A stretch of DNA of 64,000 bases from an uncultured Clostridia bacterium (GCA_934754495.1 CAKVHW010000004.1:1070-65069); one strand, 5' to 3'; positions 10,244 through 20,582 are shown, numbered from the stretch's first letter. The notes: generated from the letters alone by a model not told the origin. Made by a program: numbers and translations.

Positions 10244-11350
10244 ATGAATCGAGCAACTAAAGATTATTATAATAACAAGCAAATACTAACAATTGAAGCA
10301 TTACTAGATGACATTGAAATGAACGAGATAAACTATGCTGAAGTGTTGGTAAAACGTATTAATGAAGAAAAGGCAGACAATAATTTTTCATTGGAAAAAT
10401 TTTTGTACGGCAAATCAAAAGTAAGATATTCGGCACGTGAATATTACAAAAATGAAAACGGCATTATGGATTCTCGCTTTGTAACAAAAACACGTACTGC
10501 ATATACTTCTAATGCTACAGAAAAACTATTAAAAATTGTTGACCTTTGCAATAAATATGATTGCCCAGACCTAAATAAATTTTTAAGCGAAGCAATTAAA
10601 TATGCCGTTGAAAATGAAGGCGAATATGTTAATGTATCTGCCAACAATGAAGTTAAAGATGGTCCATTTGTATTGGATACCGATTTTGACACAATTTTAG
10701 CAAAATACCTTCGTATTTCAGACGAAAAACAAGACAAAGATACATTACTTTCATTCTTTAAAAAGTACGAAAAAATTGACGAACAATGTTATGATGAGTT
10801 AGATGATATTACATTTAAGGAACTTAACTATCTTGGCGATTCAGGCTATAAGGCAGTTATGAAATTGTTCTCTTATTATAAGGACGAACTTACGGTTTCT
10901 GATATGTCAAAAATAGGTCATTATGTAAACTTCCGTTTAAGAAGAATGGAAAATGTTATGTCAAACTTTGGTAAAAATGAAGTTGCAAATAAAGCAATTA
11001 ATATTATCAAACGTAATAACAGTGGCAATGTTCCATCATACAAAGAAGTTGATGAAGTCATTAATGCACTTGAAAAAGTAGATAGAAATCGTTTTGACGA
11101 ACTTAGAGCAAAATACAATCACGAACTAAGCAAATACTTAGTTGTTGTTAGAAAAATTAAAGGCTTGTATGATTCTGCAAATCCTAAGGGAAATAGATCA
11201 ATTGATGCTCTTCTTCGTTCTATTCGTACTACAAGAATTATTATTAATGAAAGCGATTTATACAAGAAAAATGCCGTTAAAAACGATGAATATAAAGACA
11301 TGCTTTTAGATATTCCTGTAAAAAGACCATCAAGAACTCGTACAATCTAA
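10244..11350 (+). CDS. Hypothetical protein (soluble, Lys/Asn/Glu-rich)
   Basis: GAGGTG RBS and a long uninterrupted ORF. No motif recognised. Confidence 0.65.
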   Translation: MNRATKDYYNNKQILTIEALLDDIEMNEINYAEVLVKRINEEKADNNFSLEKFLYGKSKVRYSAREYYKNENGIMDSRFVTKTRTAYTSNATEKLLKIVDLCNKYDCPDLNKFLSEAIKYAVENEGEYVNVSANNEVKDGPFVLDTDFDTILAKYLRISDEKQDKDTLLSFFKKYEKIDEQCYDELDDITFKELNYLGDSGYKAVMKLFSYYKDELTVSDMSKIGHYVNFRLRRMENVMSNFGKNEVANKAINIIKRNNSGNVPSYKEVDEVINALEKVDRNRFDELRAKYNHELSKYLVVVRKIKGLYDSANPKGNRSIDALLRSIRTTRIIINESDLYKKNAVKNDEYKDMLLDIPVKRPSRTRTI

Positions 11351-11351
11351 T

Positions 11352-11380
11352 TTGACATTTTATTTGAAAAATGATATACT
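11352..11380 (+). promoter_or_regulatory. Sigma-A promoter of rnpB
   Basis: TTGACA, 17-nt spacer, TG-n-TATACT. Confidence 0.7.
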
Positions 11381-11387
11381 ATTTATA

Positions 11388-11718
11388 TTAGATAGACATG
11401 CAATCGCGGGGAGTATTCCCTGAGGAAAGTCGGAGCACCACAGAGCAGTAGTGCCAGCTAACGGCTGGTGGGGGCAACCCTAAGGAAAGTGCAACAGAAA
11501 ATATACCGCCAAGGCAACTTGGTAAGGGCGAAAAGGCGTGGTAAGAGCACACCAGCATTATGGGTAACCATAGTGTTTGTAAACCCCACTTGGTGCAAGG
11601 TTGAGAATCGTTATAACCCTGCTCGGCAGATTCTCGTTACACCGCTTGAGATTGATGGTGACACCAATACTAGATAGATGATTGCTTAATACAGAACTCC
11701 GCTTACGGCTATTCTAAT
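11388..11718 (+). ncRNA. rnpB: RNase P RNA, bacterial type A
   Basis: GAGGAAAGTCGGAGC, GTGCAACAGAAAATATACCGCC, GGTAAGGGCGAAAAGGCGTGGTAAGAGCACACC, GTAAACCCCACTTGGTGCAAG, AGATAGATGATTGC and ACAGAACTCCGCTTAC appear in the E. coli M1 order. Ends are approximate. Confidence 0.9.
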
Positions 11719-11724
11719 AAAAAG

Positions 11725-11757
11725 TTCCACTCTAAATTAGGGTGGTTCTTTTTTTTG
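11725..11757 (+). terminator. Terminator after rnpB
   Basis: CCACTCT / AGGGTGG stem plus T-run. Confidence 0.6.
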
Positions 11758-11830
11758 CCAAATTATTTTACAATTTTGAACATATATGGTATAGTATGAT
11801 AAATATTTATACAATATAGGAGAAAAAGTT

Positions 11831-12715
11831 TTGGAAAACGAAAAACTAAACAACGGCAATCTAGATGATATAAAAGATGCCTCCAAAGTAGAACCAAATA
11901 GTTTAGACGCCCAGAAACTTAATCAAAACAAAGAAATTACACAATATAATAATTTAGATTATGCTAATCAAGCAAAACAAAGTAGTGATGCTGTTTTGAA
12001 AGAAAATGAAGCACAGGTGGCAGAACAGCAAAAACCCATGAATGAAGTAGAAAGACTTACTCAGTATTATAATACAAAACAAGATAAACCACGTGTTAAT
12101 GCAATTATTATGATGACACTATCAATTGTGGCAATGATATTTGCAATTGTAGTAGGGGTATTTATAACAGTAAGTTTTTCTGTTTCGATGTTTGGGGTTG
12201 ACGGAAACAAGTTTTTCGACCAAAATGCTAATGTGTTAACATTTGGTATTGCTGGGCTTAGTGGTGCCATTTTCTATATAGTGAGTGGTGCAGTAATTAT
12301 TTTATTGCTTGGGCTTACATATTGTGTTGCATACAGTTATTTTAAGCTGTTTAAAAACCTTAAAAAAACCAAACAACAACCTTACTACATTGCCACTTAC
12401 AATGGTACAATTAAATTATACTTCTTAGTTAACATAATTTACCTAATAGCATTTGTTGCAATTACAGTAATCAACTACCAAAACAATATTAAGGGTGCTA
12501 TTCCTATATTGCTTATTGTAATGACTGTTTTGAGTGCTGTGTTGGCAATTGACACTCTTGTTGAAATTATAATAGCTAGAATTAGTTACTCAAAATGCCC
12601 AGATGAAAAACTAAAACATGAAGTAAAAAAAGAAGCACATGAAAGATTTAAACTATATATAACTAATAGAGGCAGAGATATTGAACGTGCAAAAAATAGA
12701 AAAAGGTGGTTTTAA
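11831..12715 (+). CDS. Membrane protein with ~95-aa polar N-terminal region, unknown function
   Basis: TTG start 6 nt after GGAGAA, with no in-frame ATG nearby. Several TM helices and a basic C-terminus. Confidence 0.65.
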   Translation: MENEKLNNGNLDDIKDASKVEPNSLDAQKLNQNKEITQYNNLDYANQAKQSSDAVLKENEAQVAEQQKPMNEVERLTQYYNTKQDKPRVNAIIMMTLSIVAMIFAIVVGVFITVSFSVSMFGVDGNKFFDQNANVLTFGIAGLSGAIFYIVSGAVIILLLGLTYCVAYSYFKLFKNLKKTKQQPYYIATYNGTIKLYFLVNIIYLIAFVAITVINYQNNIKGAIPILLIVMTVLSAVLAIDTLVEIIIARISYSKCPDEKLKHEVKKEAHERFKLYITNRGRDIERAKNRKRWF

Positions 12716-12717
12716 TT

Positions 12718-13131
12718 ATGAGTAATATTTTAAATTTAATTTTTCCGTTACTTGCTAAAAAGGATCGCAACCAAAAACTTTATGAAGACTTTAAACAAGA
12801 AAGACCAGAAGAAATTCCAAAAATAAAACAATTTGGGGTAAAATCCTTAATTTATTCATGTTTAAGTGTAGTAATAGGTGTATTATGTATACTTGGTGTT
12901 GTATTATGTATTAGAAGTTTAAATCCTTTCTTTATGATTTTTGGTACAATATTTATGATTTACTTGTTTTTTTCACTTGGTATTGTAATTAATATCATGT
13001 CAATAAAACTTTGGGTGTTACAACTTAAATGCAATAAAAAAGCAATAGGTTGGGTTGCTATGTCAATATGGATTTTGTGTACCATTCTAACAATAGTAGT
13101 TCCACTTCTTATTGCTACATTATTTAAATAA
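12718..13131 (+). CDS. Small membrane protein (about 4 TM), unknown function
   Basis: ATG follows AAAGGTGG and lies 2 nt after the upstream stop. Terminator at 13137-13168. Confidence 0.65.
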   Translation: MSNILNLIFPLLAKKDRNQKLYEDFKQERPEEIPKIKQFGVKSLIYSCLSVVIGVLCILGVVLCIRSLNPFFMIFGTIFMIYLFFSLGIVINIMSIKLWVLQLKCNKKAIGWVAMSIWILCTILTIVVPLLIATLFK

Positions 13132-13312
13132 TACTAATCATTCCCAAATTTGGGGGTGATTTTTTTTAACAATATAATTTAAAAATAAAGATTTTTTAAA
13201 TAAGAAACAATAACAATTTTAAAACATTTGTTCGAATAACTTATATTAAAATGATTGACAATATTTACCTTATTTGTTACAATACACATGATAATTTTTA
13301 AGGGCATAATAT

Positions 13313-14608
13313 ATGGATTTATTTGACGATAACATTAAAAAGTTTGCACCACTTGCCGATAGGTTAAGACCAACCGAATTAAAGGATTTTATTGGACAAG
13401 AGCATTTGGTGTATGATAATAGTTTGCTTGTAAGAGCAATTAAGGCTAGCACAATTGGTAGTTGTATTTTTTGGGGGCCACCAGGCACTGGTAAAACAAC
13501 TATTGCTAATATTATAGCCAATTCTTGTAATGGCATTTTTAAAAAACTTAATGCCGTAAGTTCGGGAGTAGGCGATGCAAAAGAAATAATCGCTCAGGCT
13601 AAAAGCACATTGCAGTTGTATGGCAAAAAAACATTTTTACTATTAGATGAATGCCATAGATGGAGTAAGGCTCAATCCGATTGTGTGCTAGAAGCAATCG
13701 AAACAGGTTGTATTGTTTTCATAGGTAGCACAACAGAAAACCCATATATTAACATGACAAGGGCTATTGTAAGCCGTTGTCAAGTATTTGAGTTTAAACC
13801 ATTATCTAAAGAAAATGTAATTAAAGCACTTAATAATGCTGTGGAAAACAAAGAAAAAGGGTACGGAAATATTAACGTAAAACTTCTACCAGAAGCCAGC
13901 GAACACCTTGCATGGGCAAGTGCAGGCGACTTAAGAAGTGCATATAATGCTTTAGAACTTGCAGTAAAAACAACTCCAGCCAATGTAAAAGGTGAAATTG
14001 TAATAGATAAAAAAGTCGCCGAAGAATGCATTCAAAAACGTGAAATTAGTCTAGATGAAAATACAAGTTTTGATATGCTTAGTGCATTTTGTAAATCTCT
14101 TCGTGGCAGTGATGCCGATGCTGCTTTGTTTTGGGCTCAAAAACTTTTGCTAAGTGGTTTTGACCCACTAATTCTTGCTCGTAGGCTTGTTGCTCATGCA
14201 AGCGAAGATGTTGGAATGGCAGATAGCAATGCGGTTCTTTTAGCATTATCTGCACTACAATCATGCGAAAAACTTGGTATGCCAGAATGTAATCTTACTT
14301 TGTGTCATGCAATTATTTACATTTGTGAAGCGGAAAAAAGCAACAGTGTATGTGTTGCCATGAACGAAGCAATGGCTGATGCGGAAAATTACAAAGATGC
14401 AGTTGTTCCTAATCACCTTAAAAATCACCCAACAGGTTATAGCGATGGACATGGTAAATATAAGTACCCGCATGATTTTGGCGGATATGTAAAACAACAA
14501 TACTTGCCAGATGTGTTGAAAGATAAAATTTATTATAAGCCACTTAATAATGGTAGGGAAAAGGGAATGTTAAGAAAAAAATTTGATTCCAGAGCAAAAA
14601 AAGGTTAA
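13313..14608 (+). CDS. rarA: Replication-associated recombination protein A (AAA+ ATPase)
   Basis: LADRLRPTELKDFIGQEHL, Walker A GPPGTGKTT, LLLDECHRWSK, and the MgsA C-terminal HLKNHPT..YKYPHD. Confidence 0.93.
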   Translation: MDLFDDNIKKFAPLADRLRPTELKDFIGQEHLVYDNSLLVRAIKASTIGSCIFWGPPGTGKTTIANIIANSCNGIFKKLNAVSSGVGDAKEIIAQAKSTLQLYGKKTFLLLDECHRWSKAQSDCVLEAIETGCIVFIGSTTENPYINMTRAIVSRCQVFEFKPLSKENVIKALNNAVENKEKGYGNINVKLLPEASEHLAWASAGDLRSAYNALELAVKTTPANVKGEIVIDKKVAEECIQKREISLDENTSFDMLSAFCKSLRGSDADAALFWAQKLLLSGFDPLILARRLVAHASEDVGMADSNAVLLALSALQSCEKLGMPECNLTLCHAIIYICEAEKSNSVCVAMNEAMADAENYKDAVVPNHLKNHPTGYSDGHGKYKYPHDFGGYVKQQYLPDVLKDKIYYKPLNNGREKGMLRKKFDSRAKKG

Positions 14609-14644
14609 AAACTGAGTAGTTTTATTATATATTTAAAAGCAAAA

Positions 14645-14680
14645 AAAGAACCCACTTTTAAATCATTGGGTTCTTTTTAT
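14645..14680 (+). terminator. Rho-independent terminator after rarA
   Basis: AGAACCCA / TGGGTTCT stem plus T-run. Confidence 0.75.
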
Positions 14681-14867
14681 TGTTACAGAAAACGAAAGTG
14701 TGTTATGCTATGTCAAAACTTTCGTTTTTCTTTAATTTATTAATTCATTGTAACTTTAGCGTTCCGCCGACTTGTATCAAGACAAGCACACGTTTAAATG
14801 CAAATTATTTTGCAGATAGCAAAAAATATGTTATATTATCTAATAAATAAATGTTGGAGAGTACTGA

Positions 14868-15260
14868 ATGTTTTGCACGTTTAAAAACATGAAAGAAGGT
14901 AAATTAAGTTGTGGAGCACCATTTATTGAATTACAATATTGCAAATTAAAAACAAAATCTAAAACAAAAAAAATAGTTTCCGTAAATAAACTCGACTTTA
15001 GTAAAGAAGATTCTTTGTATCTTAGTATAAACGACACTGAAAAGTTTGATGTTAATTATGGCAATATAATTTGTGGTGGAACTTACAACAATTTGAAAAG
15101 CGGTAAAATTGATTGGTTTGGAATAAATTATTTTTCCATACAACAATTAGTTGACATAATTGATAAAATTGAAAAATATAAACCTTTGGACTATGAGATT
15201 CTGCTTGGTTGGTTAAAACAAGGTCTTAATTATAATGGTTTTTACATTTTAGGTATATAA
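14868..15260 (+). CDS. Hypothetical small protein (130 aa)
   Basis: GGAGAG RBS 6 nt upstream, a TTGCAG-16-TG-n-TATATT promoter at ~14810, and its own terminator. No family recognised. Confidence 0.6.
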   Translation: MFCTFKNMKEGKLSCGAPFIELQYCKLKTKSKTKKIVSVNKLDFSKEDSLYLSINDTEKFDVNYGNIICGGTYNNLKSGKIDWFGINYFSIQQLVDIIDKIEKYKPLDYEILLGWLKQGLNYNGFYILGI

Positions 15261-15278
15261 AAGGAAAATTGTATGAAT

Positions 15279-15315
15279 AAAAAATACTATATTATGAAAA
15301 ATATAGTATTTTTTG
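15279..15315. terminator. Bidirectional terminator between the 14868 ORF and folD
   Basis: Perfect 10-bp stem AATACTATAT / ATATAGTATT flanked by an A-run and a T-run. Confidence 0.75.
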
Positions 15316-15372
15316 TCAGTTTTAAAATCTATGACCCTTAGTCACTTTTTTTGTTTTTTTGATTTGATTTTT

Positions 15373-16269
15373 TTATTTTTCTCTTTCTTGGCTGATTTTT
15401 CTGTTTTTTTTAAAGTCGTTTAGCATCTTTTTTTCAGCAATACGTTCTGCCGATGTAACTGTTTGTGACATTAGTGATGCAATTGTCATTGGTCCAACTC
15501 CGCCAGGAACAGGAGTGTAGGCGCTTGCTTTTGATTGGCATGCTGGGTCAATGTCGCCCACATTTCCTGCGTTGTAGCCAGCATCAACTAGTACAACCCC
15601 GTCTTTTACCCATTCAGGTTTTACAAAGTTAGGTTTTCCAACAGCACCCACAACAATGTCTGCAGTTTTAATAATGTCAGGCAAGTTGTTTGTCTTGCTG
15701 TGACAAGTAGTAACAGTACAATTTTCGTTTAGAAGTAACATTGCCACAGGTTTTCCAAGTATTGCACTACGTCCCACAACAACTGCATGTTTTCCAGCAA
15801 GGTCAACATTGTTGCGTTTTAGCAGTGTGATAATTCCAAGTGGAGTAGCACTTTTGTAGTAATCAAGCCCCATGCTCATTCCGCCAAAAGATGCAGTATT
15901 TACACCGTCAACATCTTTTTCTGTTGCAATTGCATTAAAGCATTTTTGCTCGTCAATGTGCTTAGGAACAGGGTGTTGAAGAAGTATTCCGCACACTGTT
16001 TCGTCATTGTTTAGTTTGTTTATTTTGTTAAGTAGCTCTTCGGTTGTTGTTTCTTCTGGCATCTCAACAACAATGCTGTCAAGACCAACACGTTCGCATG
16101 CTTTTCTTTTCATTCTTACGTATGTCACCGATGGTGCAAATTCACCAACAATTATTGTTGCTAGTTTTGGCACGAAATTAAGTTTGCCTTTTAAATTATT
16201 TACTCTTTCTTGAAGTTCCGCTTCAATTTGTTTTGATAATAGTTTTCCGTCTAAAATTTTTGCGTCCAT
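15373..16269 (-). CDS. folD: Bifunctional methylenetetrahydrofolate dehydrogenase/cyclohydrolase
   Basis: MDAKILDGK start 8 nt after GGAG, YVRMKRKACE, VVGRSAILGKP, PVPGGVGPMT. Has an extra Lys-rich C-terminal tail. Confidence 0.92.
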   Translation of the reverse strand: MDAKILDGKLLSKQIEAELQERVNNLKGKLNFVPKLATIIVGEFAPSVTYVRMKRKACERVGLDSIVVEMPEETTTEELLNKINKLNNDETVCGILLQHPVPKHIDEQKCFNAIATEKDVDGVNTASFGGMSMGLDYYKSATPLGIITLLKRNNVDLAGKHAVVVGRSAILGKPVAMLLLNENCTVTTCHSKTNNLPDIIKTADIVVGAVGKPNFVKPEWVKDGVVLVDAGYNAGNVGDIDPACQSKASAYTPVPGGVGPMTIASLMSQTVTSAERIAEKKMLNDFKKNRKISQEREK

Positions 16270-16431
16270 TTCGTCACTCCTTTTAATTTCGGTTACCATT
16301 ATATCAGTTTTGGCAAAATATGTAAATATAATAATGTAAAAGTATCGTATATCACTTTTTTATATTTTCCATAACTTATTTTTATGATAAAAAAAAGACC
16401 ACCTATAAAAAGTGGTCTAAAATACAAATTA

Positions 16432-17319
16432 CTAAATAGTAGGTTCAAATCCAGTAAATACAATGTTGTCGCAGTGTTTTGCAACGTCCATATATTCTTG
16501 TTGGTTTCTTACATTGTATGCAATCACACACACAGGCTTAACATGTTTTACATGGCGGTTAGGTAAATCTTTAGCATTGTAACAAATAAAATCAGGTAGG
16601 GCAATCTTGAAGTATTTTAATTTTGTAAGATGTTTTGCTTTTATTGAACCATACATTTTAACTTTAAATTTTCCGCTTCTAAGAATACGTGGAAACCAAG
16701 GTGCTTGTTCTAAAAACCATTCAAGAGTGTAAGGGTTTAGGCTCATTACAGCAACACTATCAAATAGGTTGTGTTTTACAATGTACTCATCAAGGATGTC
16801 GGAGACCTTCTGTTCAAACTTTCCTACAGTGCCATCGTTGTTGATGTCAATAATAACAGGAACTTTTCCAGCAATAGCATTAAGTGCTTCTTCTAGGGTA
16901 GGGATTGTCTCGTTGGTGTCGCCAATTTTAATTTCTTTTAATTCGTCAATAGTAAGTTTGCTAATATAACCGCTTGCTTTGGTTGTTGTGCTTAGCACTT
17001 TGCCATTAAAACATACAATTTCTCCGTCATCAAGCATTTGTACTTGAATCAAAATAGGGTAACCCTTTTTTACAGCATTTTTGTAAGCCTTTATTGTGTT
17101 TTCAGGAGCATTTTCGTCAACAAATCCAAATTTTGCTATGTAATTGTCAATTAGCCAAGCATGTTGTAAAACATTGTCAACATAATCGTTTTTTAATCTT
17201 AATTCGCAAAGTTCGTTGTTTTTGCAAAGTCTTTTAAACTTTGTTTTGCGGTCATCATATTTGGTAGGTATGCTTTTTAAAATCGGTTTTTCATCAACAA
17301 TCTTATCAGTTTTTTTCAT
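16432..17319 (-). CDS. GDPD-fold (glycerophosphodiester phosphodiesterase-like) protein, catalytic residues apparently substituted
   Basis: The APENTIKAYKNAVKKG...DDGEIVCF segment aligns to the GDPD N-terminal signature, but the HR, E-x-D and HD positions read KF, Q-x-Q and FN. Confidence 0.6.
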   Translation of the reverse strand: MKKTDKIVDEKPILKSIPTKYDDRKTKFKRLCKNNELCELRLKNDYVDNVLQHAWLIDNYIAKFGFVDENAPENTIKAYKNAVKKGYPILIQVQMLDDGEIVCFNGKVLSTTTKASGYISKLTIDELKEIKIGDTNETIPTLEEALNAIAGKVPVIIDINNDGTVGKFEQKVSDILDEYIVKHNLFDSVAVMSLNPYTLEWFLEQAPWFPRILRSGKFKVKMYGSIKAKHLTKLKYFKIALPDFICYNAKDLPNRHVKHVKPVCVIAYNVRNQQEYMDVAKHCDNIVFTGFEPTI

Positions 17320-17599
17320 AATATATCCTTAAAATTCAAAGGGGACTTTGAATACAATTTTACTTAGTTACTGCATTAGTATAGCATAAGTAAAATATTT
17401 TTTACTAGTAAAATTAACCAAAATTGTTAAAATAGTCTAAAATTTTGTTCTAAAAAACAATTTAAAAGATTTTTATTGCTTTAACTTTATGTTTAGTATA
17501 TTATATTTAGTGTAAAAAATATAATATTCGCCTAGTGTTTTACTTTGTAGACATATTTCAGTAATTTAAAATAATTTGGCGAAACAAATGGAGAGCATT

Positions 17600-19399
17600 A
17601 TGACCCACAGACAAAACCATATTCGCAATTTTTGTATAGTTGCTCATATAGACCACGGAAAAAGTACACTTGCCGATAGACTTTTGGAATTTACAGGCAC
17701 TGTAGCAAAACGTGACCTAACAGACCAAATTCTAGATAGTATGGAAATTGAAAAAGAACGTGGCATAACAATAAAACTAACCCCAAGCAGAATGAAGTAC
17801 ACTTATAACGGTGAAGAGTATATTCTAAACCTTATTGACACTCCAGGTCACGTGGACTTTACATACGAAGTATCACGTTCGCTTGCTGCTTGCGAAGGTG
17901 CAATTTTGATTGTTGACGCAACTCAAGGTGTAGAAGCACAAACTCTTGCTAATGCATATTTGGCTGTTGAAAACGATTTGGAGATTTTGCCAGTCATTAA
18001 TAAAATTGACCTTCCTAGTGCAAACATAGAAGAAACACGTAAGGAAATAGAAGATATTATTGGTTTGCCTGCCGATGATTGCCCAGCCGTAAGTGCTAAG
18101 GACGGAACAAACATTGAACAAGTACTTAAGTCAATTGTAGAACAAGTCCCAGCACCAAAGGGCGACGAAGACGCTCCACTTAAAGCACTAATTTTTGATA
18201 GTTATTATGACAACTTTAAAGGTGCAGTATGCTTGGTTAGAATTGTTGATGGTAAGGTAAACAAAAACGACAAAATTAAGTTTTTCAATACAGGTAAGGT
18301 TTATGACGTAACCGAAATTGGTTATTTTAGTCCAAGCCCCAAAGAAACAAACATGCTAGAAGCGGGTGATGTTGGTTATATTTGTGCAAGCATTAAGACC
18401 GTAAGTGAAACCAAAGTTGGTGACACAATCACTAATGCCGAAAATCCAGCAAAAGAACCACTTCCAGGTTATAAGGAAGTTCAACCAGTTGTGTTTAGTG
18501 GGATATTCTGCGTTGATGGTTCTAGATACAATGACCTTAAAGATGCATTAGAAAAACTAAAACTTAACGACTATTCGCTTGAGTATGAGCCAGAAGTGTC
18601 ACAAGCCCTTGGTTTTGGTTTTAGATGTGGCTTCTTAGGACTTCTTCATATGGAGATTATTCAAGAAAGGTTGGAAAGAGAGTTTGACCTAGACCTAATT
18701 ACAACCGCACCAACCGTAAGTTATTTGGTACACAAAACAAATGGTGAAGTGCTAAATATCTCTAACCCTAGTGACTTGCCAGAACCACAAAGCATTTCGT
18801 ATATGGAAGAGCCAATGGTTAAGGTTAATATTTTTACTCCACCAGAGTATGTGGGTGCATTAATGGAACTTAGCCAAGAAAAACGTGGTATTCATCTGGA
18901 CTTACAATACATTGACCCTCATCGTTGTCAATTGGTATATAAAATGCCTTTAAATGAAATTATTTTTGACTACTTTGACCAATTAAAAAGCCGTAGTAAA
19001 GGTTACGCAAGCCTAGACTATGAAATTATTGGTTATGAGCAAAGCGACCTTGTAAAACTTGATATTTTGTTAAATGGTGAAGTTTGCGATGCGCTTTCGC
19101 TTATTGTGCACAAAGATAAAGCATATCAACGTGGCAGAGCAATTGCCGAAAAACTAAAAGAAGTAATTCCACGTCAGTTGTTTGAAATTCCAATACAGGC
19201 ATCAATAGGTAATAAGGTTATCGCTCGTGAAACAATTAAAGCACTAAGAAAAGATGTGCTTGCTAAGTGTTACGGCGGTGACATTACTCGTAAGAAAAAA
19301 CTTCTAGAAAAGCAGAAAAAAGGTAAAAAACGTATGCGTCAAATAGGCTCAGTCGAAATTCCAAGCGAAGCCTTTATGAGCATACTAAAGGTTGATTAA
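17600..19399 (+). CDS. lepA: Elongation factor 4
   Basis: [35 protein letters not shown], and the C-terminal LepA domain. The start may instead be the ATG at 17588. Confidence 0.93.
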   Translation: MTHRQNHIRNFCIVAHIDHGKSTLADRLLEFTGTVAKRDLTDQILDSMEIEKERGITIKLTPSRMKYTYNGEEYILNLIDTPGHVDFTYEVSRSLAACEGAILIVDATQGVEAQTLANAYLAVENDLEILPVINKIDLPSANIEETRKEIEDIIGLPADDCPAVSAKDGTNIEQVLKSIVEQVPAPKGDEDAPLKALIFDSYYDNFKGAVCLVRIVDGKVNKNDKIKFFNTGKVYDVTEIGYFSPSPKETNMLEAGDVGYICASIKTVSETKVGDTITNAENPAKEPLPGYKEVQPVVFSGIFCVDGSRYNDLKDALEKLKLNDYSLEYEPEVSQALGFGFRCGFLGLLHMEIIQERLEREFDLDLITTAPTVSYLVHKTNGEVLNISNPSDLPEPQSISYMEEPMVKVNIFTPPEYVGALMELSQEKRGIHLDLQYIDPHRCQLVYKMPLNEIIFDYFDQLKSRSKGYASLDYEIIGYEQSDLVKLDILLNGEVCDALSLIVHKDKAYQRGRAIAEKLKEVIPRQLFEIPIQASIGNKVIARETIKALRKDVLAKCYGGDITRKKKLLEKQKKGKKRMRQIGSVEIPSEAFMSILKVD

Positions 19400-19400
19400 C

Positions 19401-20537
19401 ATGAAAGAATTAGGAATATATGTTCATATTCCGTTTTGTAAAAGTAAGTGCTATTACTGCAACTTTAATTCCTATGCCGGTTGTGATACGTTACAGCCTG
19501 ATTACCTTAAAGCACTGCTTCTGGAAATAGACCATTATGCGAGCGACTGCAAAAATTATATTGTTTCAACAATCTATATTGGTGGAGGGACTCCTAGCAA
19601 TTTTATTAGTGGGGGCATTGTAACAATTTTAGATGAAATAAGGTCTAAATATAATGTTTCGCAAAATGCCGAAATATCAATAGAAGCAAATCCTAATACA
19701 ATCACTTATGATAAGATTGTTGAGTGGAAAACTGCTGGTGTAAATAGGGTAAGTGTTGGGCTACAGACCGACAACTCAAAACTTTTAAGGGTTATTAATC
19801 GGACACATACAAAAGCTGATTTTTTAAATGCAATTAGCCTATTAAAAAACAATGGATTTTATAATATCAATGCCGACATAATGATTGGACTACCATTACA
19901 AAAACTAAGTGACGTAAAAAGGACGCTAAAAACCTTAAAAAAGTGTGATATTCCCCATATTAGTGCATATAGCCTAATAGTAGAAGAAGGGACACCAATT
20001 AGCGAAATGATTAAGTCTGGAAAGTTGAAAGAACCAAACGAACTACGAGTTATTAAAATGTACGACTTTGTGAAGGACGACTTACTTAAACTTGGACTTA
20101 ATAGATATGAAGTAAGCAATTTTGCTAAAACTGGTTATGAGTGTAAGCACAACCTAAATTGTTGGAAAATGGTGGAATATATAGGCTTTGGGGCTGGTGC
20201 TCATAGTTTTTTAAACAATGTTAGGCATTATAATTACAGCCAAGTTAATGATTATATTAATAAAGTTACTGCTGGTGGCAGTGCTGTTGATGTAAGTGAA
20301 AATCAAACCAACAACGACCTTTTCGAAGAATATGTAATGCTAAAACTTCGCACAACAGAAGGAATAAATTTAAAACACATTAATGACGAATACAATATTG
20401 ATTTAATGGCAATAAAGAAAAATAAAATTGAAGAGTTTAAAAAGGCAAATATCGTTGAGATAAATGGCGACTTTTTAAGGCTAACAGATTTGGGTTTTCA
20501 TGTCTTAAATAGGGTTGTTTTGGAACTTGTTTGCTAA
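19401..20537 (+). CDS. hemW: Radical SAM heme chaperone HemW (HemN-like, oxygen-independent coproporphyrinogen oxidase family)
   Basis: YVHIPFCKSKCYYCNF CxxxCxxC motif, ~380 aa, classic position after lepA. Confidence 0.88.
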   Translation: MKELGIYVHIPFCKSKCYYCNFNSYAGCDTLQPDYLKALLLEIDHYASDCKNYIVSTIYIGGGTPSNFISGGIVTILDEIRSKYNVSQNAEISIEANPNTITYDKIVEWKTAGVNRVSVGLQTDNSKLLRVINRTHTKADFLNAISLLKNNGFYNINADIMIGLPLQKLSDVKRTLKTLKKCDIPHISAYSLIVEEGTPISEMIKSGKLKEPNELRVIKMYDFVKDDLLKLGLNRYEVSNFAKTGYECKHNLNCWKMVEYIGFGAGAHSFLNNVRHYNYSQVNDYINKVTAGGSAVDVSENQTNNDLFEEYVMLKLRTTEGINLKHINDEYNIDLMAIKKNKIEEFKKANIVEINGDFLRLTDLGFHVLNRVVLELVC

Positions 20538-20553
20538 AAATTATGTGTTGTTT

Positions 20554-20582
20554 TTGACAAAACCTAATCTTTGTGTTATATA
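20554..20582 (+). promoter_or_regulatory. Sigma-A-like promoter of paralogue A
   Basis: TTGACA, 17-nt spacer, TATATA preceded by TGTG. Confidence 0.5.

Noticed and set aside
11468-11677. 69-aa ORF on the plus strand
   Set aside because: It lies entirely inside the RNase P RNA gene, whose conserved sequence blocks explain the region.
14681-14810. Possible small RNA downstream of rarA: a 12-bp stem GAAAACGAAAGT/ACTTTCGTTTT(T)C, a locally GC-richer patch AGCGTTCCGCCGACTTGTATCAAGACAAGCACACG, and alternative pairing AAACG..GTGTG with CACACGTTT
   Set aside because: No promoter lies between the rarA terminator and this segment, and I could not recognise a known RNA family (the 6S layout was not convincing). 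It may be a second terminator or read-through structure. Worth a cmscan but not supportable by eye.
15273-15341. 22-codon ORF (MNKKYYIMKNIVFFVSFKIYDP) after an AAGGAA motif
   Set aside because: It coincides with the perfect 10-bp bidirectional terminator hairpin between the 14868 ORF and folD. The hairpin and A/T runs explain the sequence better than coding does.
20551-20563. Possible direct repeats flanking the five-gene insert (TTTTTGACAAAAC at 20551 versus TTTTTGACATAAAC at 22643)
   Set aside because: Both are simply T-rich UP-element plus TTGACA -35 boxes of sigma-A promoters. The similarity is too short and functionally explained, so it is not evidence for an insertion scar.
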